Below are positions 1 to 5,431 of a DNA stretch of 64,000 nt, piece after piece (within the stretch, counting starts at the first letter, position 1; each line of letters begins with the position of its first letter). The translations under genes were made by a program, and so were the position numbers. The stretch spans positions 9,839 to 73,838 of the IMG/VR virus record IMGVR_UViG_3300030106_006091; one strand, given 5' to 3'. Source of the stretch: a virus. The notes below the pieces were generated by a model. The model was not told where the DNA came from and did not search any database. It saw only the letters and a list, made by a program, of their open reading frames with translations.

Positions 1-34
1 GAGTCAATTGCTCTAACCACTGAGCTAAGGGCGC
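1..34 (-). tRNA. tRNA, 5' half only (truncated by window edge); probably tRNA-Ile2/Met with CAT anticodon
   Basis: Minus strand reads GCGCCCT-TA-GCTC-AGTGGTTA-GAGC-A-ATTGA-CT-C: acceptor 5' strand, complete D-arm, anticodon stem 5' strand and first anticodon base C. The D-arm resembles bacterial tRNA-Ile2. The rest lies outside the window. Confidence 0.8.
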
Positions 35-35
35 G

Positions 36-64
36 AAAAAGGGCCAGCGACGTTTCGCCGGCCC
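36..64 (-). terminator. Intrinsic-terminator-like hairpin
   Basis: Minus strand GGGCCGGCGA-AACG-TCGCTGGCCC-TTTTT: 10-bp stem (one G-U) plus U tract, directly upstream of the tRNA at 34. Confidence 0.65.
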
Positions 65-108
65 TACCTGAATTGAATGAAACACGTGTGGTTATCGCCT
101 CACACGCG

Positions 109-182
109 TACCTCGAGCGGGACTCGAACCCACAACCTACAGCTTAGAAGGCTGTTGCACTATCCAGTTGTGCTATCGAGGC
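109..182 (-). tRNA. tRNA-Arg (anticodon TCT), CCA not encoded
   Basis: GCCTCGA-TA-GCAC-AACTGGATA-GTGC-A-ACAGC-CT-TCT-AA-GCTGT-AGGTT-GTGGG-TTCGAGT-CCCGC-TCGAGGT-A forms a full cloverleaf. Confidence 0.95.
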
Positions 183-189
183 AATAGAC

Positions 190-444
190 TCACTCAGTGA
201 GCAGCTTGTCAATACTCTCTTCGAGAGCACCAACAGCGCTCATGATGAACAAGCTGAGACTGTTGTCTTGCATTTCCACAGACAACACCTTGTCCAGCTC
301 ATTCTGTAGCCCACTGATGTGATGCTTCAGCTTGTGCTTGAAACGTGTGTTGCCTTGTGTCTCATCCAATAACTCTTGTAATAACATAGACGTCACGAAT
401 AGCTTGACCTCAAGCTGTCGTGTTGTCTTCTTTACTTCTCCCAT
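190..444 (-). CDS. Hypothetical helical protein (84 aa)
   Basis: ORF overlaps the polA stop and is co-oriented; no recognisable motif. Confidence 0.7.
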   Translation of the reverse strand: MGEVKKTTRQLEVKLFVTSMLLQELLDETQGNTRFKHKLKHHISGLQNELDKVLSVEMQDNSLSLFIMSAVGALEESIDKLLTE

Positions 445-2285
445 GTCTGTGAAATGTTTGTGTCTGCTTTCAACAGACCGTTAGGTATTATAATCTTTGC
501 TGCCTTCTCCATGAGCTCAGTCATCTTGATTGACCATGCATCTGAGACCTCCTCCTTACAAATGGTGTCGATCTGATCATGCACGGTCATCACAATCTTG
601 ACAGAGTCAGACCAGCTCTCTTCTATCTCACGGTGGATGTAGATGAGAGCAAGCTTAGTCATGTCAGCTGATGAGCCTTGGATAGGTGTGTTCTTGGATG
701 CACGTTCGATACTACCAAACTCCTGCATCTTCGACCGGTCATCCCATATCTTGGGGAACCATGTGTCGAACCAACGACGGCGTTTGAATGGTGCAAAGGT
801 AGTGATGTAACCGTTGCGTGTACCAAATGTACCAAGCTTTGTTAGAAAGTCTCGGATGTTTGGGAACTCTGTAAAATACTTCTCTATAAGATCCTCCGCT
901 TCTGCTTTAGATATTTGTAGAGTGTCTGCCAGTTTGAACGGTCCCATGCCGTAGGCGAGTCCGAAATTAATTGCCTTAATCTGTGTGCGTAGCTTCTTCT
1001 TAGCATCAGCGTCCGCACTTCTCCACTTATCTTCGAAGACAAGATCGGCGCATACTCCATGAAGATCCAGTCCTTTCTCAAGCGCTTCCAGCCAAACAGG
1101 GTCTTGTGAGCCATAAGCAATGACGTTTAGTTCCTGTGAAGAATAATCGCTGGACACGAAGACCCAGCCCTCGGGTGCGGTGAAACAATTTCTAAAGGTG
1201 TTATCGCTTGGAATTTGCTGCATGTTTGGTTTAGAGGATGAAACTCGTCCTGTATCCAATATCTGAGAGAAATTTGTATGCACCTTTCCGTCACAGTTGA
1301 CGTAATTGAAGAACTTAGTACCGTACGCATTGGCGAGCTTTGTTCGCTCTTTGTATCTGATGTATTCATCTATCAATGGGTGTTTGTATCTGTGTTTGTT
1401 CAGTTTCTTGCCGTTCACATCCTCGAGGTTAGGCACGAGGTGCTGGAACAGCTCTAGTATTTGCAAAGGGGAACTCCACTTGATGTGAGTCTTGCGTACC
1501 TCATCCATCGCAGCAAACATATCTACCTGTACTGGTACGCGGTAGTGTTGTAGCAATGGATGTGCCAACACAATATCATCAAGCTTCAGCTCCTGTTCGT
1601 ATGCCAGCTTGACATTTTGTTCTGCCATAGCTGTCCACTTGTCCTCATCAATGTTGAGACCTTCGTACTCAATCTCACTGAAGACTTTGACTACGGCATT
1701 CTCAAGACGTGTGACTTGTTGTAGTTCAAGCGAATGTATCTTAGCCAGTTGTTTCTCCCGTATGTCAAGCAGATAAACCACATCGTTCGCCCCATACGTA
1801 ATCTGATCGACGGTAAAAGGTTGACCTTTGAGTCCGATGAATTTGTTCCGCGTCTCTTTATCGAGAGTGTGACCGATATATCTTTCGACACACCTGGAAA
1901 GAGAGTATCCATAGTCTTGCTTACCGCAATTGATAACTCTCTCCGCAAGAAACGTGTCGTATATTTCTTCCAACGATATTCCAGCCCATTTTTTGATGAA
2001 CTTGTAATCGAACTTAGCGTTGTGAAGAACCTTGACGATACTGTTCGATTGTAAGACTTCTTTGAGCGGCGTGATGTCGACGTCTCGTGTGTCGATGACG
2101 TACTGTCTGTCTCTGTCCCCGATTTGGAACATGATGAGTTTCTTGCACGTGAAGTCGAAGCCTTCCGTCTCGGTGTCCACCCCCAGAACTGTCTTGCTTT
2201 CACAATAAGCCTGGCATTCTTGTATCGTCGCTGTCTGGATATCATTGAGAGGACTGTTTGTTCCGATGAATCTTACGCTCTGCAT
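432..2285 (-). CDS. polA: DNA polymerase family A with 3'-5' exonuclease, no 5'-3' nuclease domain
   Basis: Exo motifs DTETE, HNAKFD and YGANDV; polymerase motifs TGRVSSSKPNMQQIP, DYSSQEL (A), KAINFGLAYG (B), NTPIQGSSAD and VHDQ (C). Confidence 0.97.
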   Translation of the reverse strand: MQSVRFIGTNSPLNDIQTATIQECQAYCESKTVLGVDTETEGFDFTCKKLIMFQIGDRDRQYVIDTRDVDITPLKEVLQSNSIVKVLHNAKFDYKFIKKWAGISLEEIYDTFLAERVINCGKQDYGYSLSRCVERYIGHTLDKETRNKFIGLKGQPFTVDQITYGANDVVYLLDIREKQLAKIHSLELQQVTRLENAVVKVFSEIEYEGLNIDEDKWTAMAEQNVKLAYEQELKLDDIVLAHPLLQHYRVPVQVDMFAAMDEVRKTHIKWSSPLQILELFQHLVPNLEDVNGKKLNKHRYKHPLIDEYIRYKERTKLANAYGTKFFNYVNCDGKVHTNFSQILDTGRVSSSKPNMQQIPSDNTFRNCFTAPEGWVFVSSDYSSQELNVIAYGSQDPVWLEALEKGLDLHGVCADLVFEDKWRSADADAKKKLRTQIKAINFGLAYGMGPFKLADTLQISKAEAEDLIEKYFTEFPNIRDFLTKLGTFGTRNGYITTFAPFKRRRWFDTWFPKIWDDRSKMQEFGSIERASKNTPIQGSSADMTKLALIYIHREIEESWSDSVKIVMTVHDQIDTICKEEVSDAWSIKMTELMEKAAKIIIPNGLLKADTNISQTWEK

Positions 2286-2448
2286 CTTGCATAAATATTA
2301 GTATTTGTTTTGCGTCACTGAGTGTGTACTGTTTGCCGAGGAAAAATACTGCATTTCGCTCGTTACGTTCTGATATCTCAATCAGTCGTTTGAGGTCGTC
2401 GCTGCGTCCATCTTGAACCATGGCAGCTATCTGGCCCATTTTGCTCAT
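2242..2448 (-). CDS. Hypothetical protein (68 aa)
   Basis: ATG preceded by an A-rich leader; overlaps the polA start. Confidence 0.65.
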   Translation of the reverse strand: MSKMGQIAAMVQDGRSDDLKRLIEISERNERNAVFFLGKQYTLSDAKQILIFMQDAERKIHRNKQSSQ

Positions 2449-2481
2449 CGTAATGTGTGTTTTAAGGTTGAATAATAATCG

Positions 2482-2599
2482 TATCTCACCAAGGAATCGA
2501 ACCTTGTACAGTAGGGGAGAGGTAGTTTCACTTACCTATCTACTGCAGCGTGTAGCTCAACGAAACGATACGAGCATACTACACTTACCTGCGTGAGAT
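2482..2599 (-). ncRNA. tRNA-like RNA 1 (acceptor stem and T-arm, two long non-canonical helices)
   Basis: ATCTCAC/GTGAGAT acceptor stem, T-arm CAAGG-TTCGATT-CCTTG, internal helices GTGTA..GCTCG/TGAGC..TACAC and TGCAGTAG/CTACTGTA; intergenic. Confidence 0.75.
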
Positions 2600-2601
2600 A
2601 T

Positions 2602-2628
2602 AAAGGGGTGAGCTGTTACACTCACCCC
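2602..2628 (-). terminator. Hairpin or terminator after the 195-aa gene
   Basis: Minus strand GGGGTGAG-TGTAACAG-CTCACCCC-TTT, just after the stop at 2636. Confidence 0.6.
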
Positions 2629-2635
2629 CGTTGTG

Positions 2636-3223
2636 TTACGACAGGATTTCGCCTGTAGCAACGTCCACACTCTGAGAAGCGATGATGCCACCACCTGCGG
2701 TTGCAGGTGCATCAGCCTCCAAGAAGGTGTGCTTTGGTTCTCCGAACACCACGTTGGTGTTAGCGAAGATGTACATACCCTTGTGGGTAATGTAGTCACC
2801 ATCCTTTCCACGACGCTTTGCAGCCGTTTCAAGGTTCTCCATCTGCCACTCGGTTGGCTCAACAGTCTCCGTGATTTGCACACGAAGAGCCTTGCCAAGG
2901 GCTTCAGGGTTGATGACATTGAGGGACTTGACTTCACGTCCCATTTCGTTTGTGGTGTAACCACCAGTCAAATCCACACCCAACAACTCAGATGCATCGA
3001 CAGGCTCCGCTGTCATCCATGCCCGACGTGCTCTCGTAGAAGAGAATCGGTCATCAGATGCATTGAATGCAGCCAACGCATTGTTGTTAGACTGTGAAGC
3101 ACCTTCCAGTACTTCTGCGAACTCGAGCTGGACTTTACCGTTGCTTACGCGACGTGATCCAACCAACAAACACTGACCGGACTTGAGGGTGTCCAGTGAA
3201 CCGCTGTTAAGAATGTTACTCAT
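2636..3223 (-). CDS. Hypothetical protein (195 aa); candidate ssDNA-binding or recombination protein
   Basis: Clean ORF with A-rich leader in the replication arm. Beta-rich pattern and a flexible tail ending VDVATGEILS (a D-x-x-TGE-I type tail seen on phage SSB/recombination proteins). Function is inference. Confidence 0.75.
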   Translation of the reverse strand: MSNILNSGSLDTLKSGQCLLVGSRRVSNGKVQLEFAEVLEGASQSNNNALAAFNASDDRFSSTRARRAWMTAEPVDASELLGVDLTGGYTTNEMGREVKSLNVINPEALGKALRVQITETVEPTEWQMENLETAAKRRGKDGDYITHKGMYIFANTNVVFGEPKHTFLEADAPATAGGGIIASQSVDVATGEILS

Positions 3224-3254
3224 GGTTTTATGAGATTAACATGATTATAATGTT

Positions 3255-3283
3255 GGGACTGTTGATGGTCGTCCCGATACCAT
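3255..3283 (-). promoter_or_regulatory. H-type RNA pseudoknot in the 5' leader of the 195-aa gene
   Basis: Minus strand ATGGT-ATC-GGGAC-G-ACCAT-CAACA-GTCCC: two interleaved perfect 5-bp stems, ending 31 nt before the ATG. Confidence 0.55.
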
Positions 3284-3285
3284 TG

Positions 3286-3351
3286 TGAACAGGAGAGGAT
3301 TCGAACCTCCTAACTGATGCGATTCTTGCCAACCAATGGCACTACCTGTTC
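3286..3351 (-). ncRNA. tRNA-like RNA 2 (no anticodon arm)
   Basis: GAACAGG/CCTGTTC acceptor, D-arm GCCA-TTGGT-TGGC, T-arm GGAGG-TTCGAAT-CCTCT. Only 17 largely unpaired nt lie where the anticodon and variable arms should be. Confidence 0.75.
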
Positions 3352-3359
3352 AATAAAAC

Positions 3360-3463
3360 GATAACACAGCCTCACCGGTTTATCTATTGCCATATATGGT
3401 ACTCCGGGTGCAGTCTAACACGTAGGCCATACTGCGGTATCTATTCGCCCTGGCTGTGTTATC
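3360..3463 (-). ncRNA. Putative multi-branched structured RNA
   Basis: Perfect 12-bp closing stem GATAACACAGCC/GGCTGTGTTATC with inner helices GCAGT/ACTGC and CCGG/CCGG. Strand is inferred from context. Confidence 0.55.
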
Positions 3464-3512
3464 TAACTGATTTATATCGACTCCAGCTGAAGCCGCTGCC
3501 ATGGCAGAGTAG

Positions 3513-3622
3513 TAGTGCAGAAGGAATCGAACCTTCGGGATAATGTCTATAAGATGTAGCTATCTCATCTTCGGAGCTCTTATTGGCTCTACAACGACAA
3601 CCCCCCACGCCAGTGTGCACTA
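3513..3622 (-). ncRNA. tRNA-like RNA 3 (topology like the tmRNA tRNA-like domain)
   Basis: TAGTGCA/TGCACTA acceptor, stemless GG-containing D-loop (CACTGGCGT), long helix GGGG..TGTC/GACA..TCCC capped by hairpins (AAGATG/CATCTT, GAGC/GCTC), T-arm GAAGG-TTCGATT-CCTTC. Confidence 0.72.
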
Positions 3623-3776
3623 AGACGCGCAAAGCAAGGGTCGTCACCCAAGCTTCTAACAGTCACCTATTCACTGCTGGAACGGAATGACAACAGCATT
3701 ACTGCTGCGCTACTTATTCTACACGTTATAGATAAGCAAGTTTACCTAGGGGACGTCTGAGTCCTAGGCAGAGTAT

Positions 3777-4154
3777 TTATTCGTCATCAAACGCTGGTTC
3801 AACTGGCCACCAATTAGAGTGAGCAGGAACATTGTTCCGCTGTCTGATGATTTGCCAGCTACCAGTTGGATACTTGATCTTATATCCTGCTGCATCAAAG
3901 CTTGGATGTTTGATGTCCATCCATACTTTGGTCCAACGTTTGCCATTGTTAATGTCCCACACCGTGATAGGTGATGTGAACACATTACATGTAGCCATTG
4001 ACTCGAGCTCAACACTGTCGAGCGTCATGTCAAACCTACCGACATATCCGTTACCGAAGTCGTCTTCGATGATACCGAACATGCCACAGTTGAATGCTTG
4101 CCCCAACATGGTGGTTGAGACAAGCATTAGAAGTATTACTGAAGTTTCTTTCAT
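3777..4154 (-). CDS. Hypothetical exported protein (125 aa)
   Basis: N-terminal signal-peptide-like MKETSVILLMLVSTTMLGQ; start overlaps the upstream stop. Confidence 0.7.
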   Translation of the reverse strand: MKETSVILLMLVSTTMLGQAFNCGMFGIIEDDFGNGYVGRFDMTLDSVELESMATCNVFTSPITVWDINNGKRWTKVWMDIKHPSFDAAGYKIKYPTGSWQIIRQRNNVPAHSNWWPVEPAFDDE

Positions 4155-4366
4155 GATTCTGTTGAATTACAAATGTGAGACCAGCTGGTGTGCTGCTCCA
4201 TGATTTCTGTTAATTGCTTGATGACCTTCTGTCTGTCTGCAACCTCTTCCATTAGACGTTGACGTTCGTTCTGGGCTGCATTGAGGATTGCCCATCTGTC
4301 CTGCTTCCATGTATTCCAACGATGTACGATTGGGTTGAGGACTTTGTTTTTCTTCTTGAGGTCCAT
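4151..4366 (-). CDS. Hypothetical protein (71 aa)
   Basis: Tightly packed in the operon; coiled-coil-like. Confidence 0.65.
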   Translation of the reverse strand: MDLKKKNKVLNPIVHRWNTWKQDRWAILNAAQNERQRLMEEVADRQKVIKQLTEIMEQHTSWSHICNSTES

Positions 4367-4368
4367 GA

Positions 4369-4563
4369 TTATTCTGAAATGATTTCGTCCAAGTATACAT
4401 CAGTGTGCACACCAGACAGTTCTAACTCCAGCTCATTGATGCGAGACTGAAGTTGCATGATGAAAAGGTCTGACTCAGTGGTTGTGTCATGAGCCAAGAC
4501 AAAGTAAAAGGCACCAACAAGTATAATGTTGAATGCCATTGAGGCAAGGAGGATATAAAACAT
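4369..4563 (-). CDS. Small membrane-anchored protein (64 aa)
   Basis: Hydrophobic N-terminal helix plus acidic coiled coil. Confidence 0.65.
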   Translation of the reverse strand: MFYILLASMAFNIILVGAFYFVLAHDTTTESDLFIMQLQSRINELELELSGVHTDVYLDEIISE

Positions 4564-4595
4564 GATGATGGGATTAAAGGGGAGTGGCTATCACC

Positions 4596-4829
4596 TCACC
4601 CCCCATGATTTAATTCATAGTGCTCACGAAGACGTCTCTGGACCTCTTCTTCGACGTTGACCTCGTGCTCTTGGCACAAGTGTACTTGGTGGCGAGCATC
4701 ATCGAGACGCTCTTCTAAATCCTTGACCTTGTTCTTCAGAGAAGCATTCTCCATTGACAAGACAAGGATGGTGTCAGTGAGCTCCCTGGTTGAGAGCTGC
4801 ATTGAGTTAACAAGACAAAACTGTGACAT
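4596..4829 (-). CDS. Hypothetical coiled-coil protein (77 aa)
   Basis: Heptad pattern (LSMENASLKNKVKDLEERLDD); followed by a G/C hairpin plus TTT at 4576-4604. Confidence 0.65.
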   Translation of the reverse strand: MSQFCLVNSMQLSTRELTDTILVLSMENASLKNKVKDLEERLDDARHQVHLCQEHEVNVEEEVQRRLREHYELNHGG

Positions 4830-4951
4830 GTGTCATAAACTTGTATATGCCATGGTTGGCATGGTGAGAAAAAGTGGTAGAAAGTGGTGCATACGACCTG
4901 GTAGTCATACGCACGCACTTTGTACCTGAGATGGTTGGCCGAGCGTAGACC

Positions 4952-5170
4952 TCAAAGGTCTAGCTGCTCGAAGCGACGCTCCAGTCGTGCGAAGAGACCA
5001 TAGTCTCCTTCCTCGACGAGCAAGCGGTCACGCCATTTGGCGTCCGCGGCAAGGACGTCTACGTCCGCGTAGAAAGAGATGGGCTCGTCCCCATCGATTG
5101 CAAGCGCCAGCTTGTCTGGCTTGTCAAGGTCTTGCATAACAATGCAATTCTTCTTAGTGTACTTCGCCAT
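4952..5170 (-). CDS. Hypothetical protein (72 aa), first gene of the leftward arm
   Basis: ATG next to the divergent intergenic region; plausible composition. Confidence 0.65.
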   Translation of the reverse strand: MAKYTKKNCIVMQDLDKPDKLALAIDGDEPISFYADVDVLAADAKWRDRLLVEEGDYGLFARLERRFEQLDL

Positions 5171-5281
5171 GGCGATTTAAGTATTAAAGTGTGAAACAAT
5201 GTACTCCCGGGGGCTGTCGAAGCCCGCCACATAGCTGGGGTCTTTGAATGTGTAGGTTCACGCTCTCAAAAAATTTTTTGT

Positions 5282-5289
5282 TATATTTG
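5282..5289 (+). promoter_or_regulatory. Bacteroidota sigma-A type -7 promoter element
   Basis: TATATTTG matches TAnnTTTG and lies 4 nt before the ATG at 5294, at the strand switch. Confidence 0.7.
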
Positions 5290-5293
5290 CGCC

Positions 5294-5431
5294 ATGGCAA
5301 AGAAGCAAACACCATTCGACATGTACATCAAAAAAAATGTATCAAGACCCGGAGTCCATGGTAAAACTAAATCGTCTAAGCACAAGTCTTCTAAGCTTTA
5401 CAAGAAGGCATATCGCGGCCAAGGCCGTTAG
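5294..5431 (+). CDS. Small basic protein (45 aa, not in the ORF track)
   Basis: MAKKQTPFDMYIKKNVSRPGVHGKTKSSKHKSSKLYKKAYRGQGR*, directly after the promoter box; Lys-rich. Confidence 0.7.
   Translation: MAKKQTPFDMYIKKNVSRPGVHGKTKSSKHKSSKLYKKAYRGQGR

Noticed and set aside
3224-3512. HDV-like (theta), hammerhead or twister ribozyme next to the tRNA-like elements
   Set aside because: The nested P3/P1.1 elements and the hammerhead/twister cores could not be found by eye; only a simple pseudoknot is supported.
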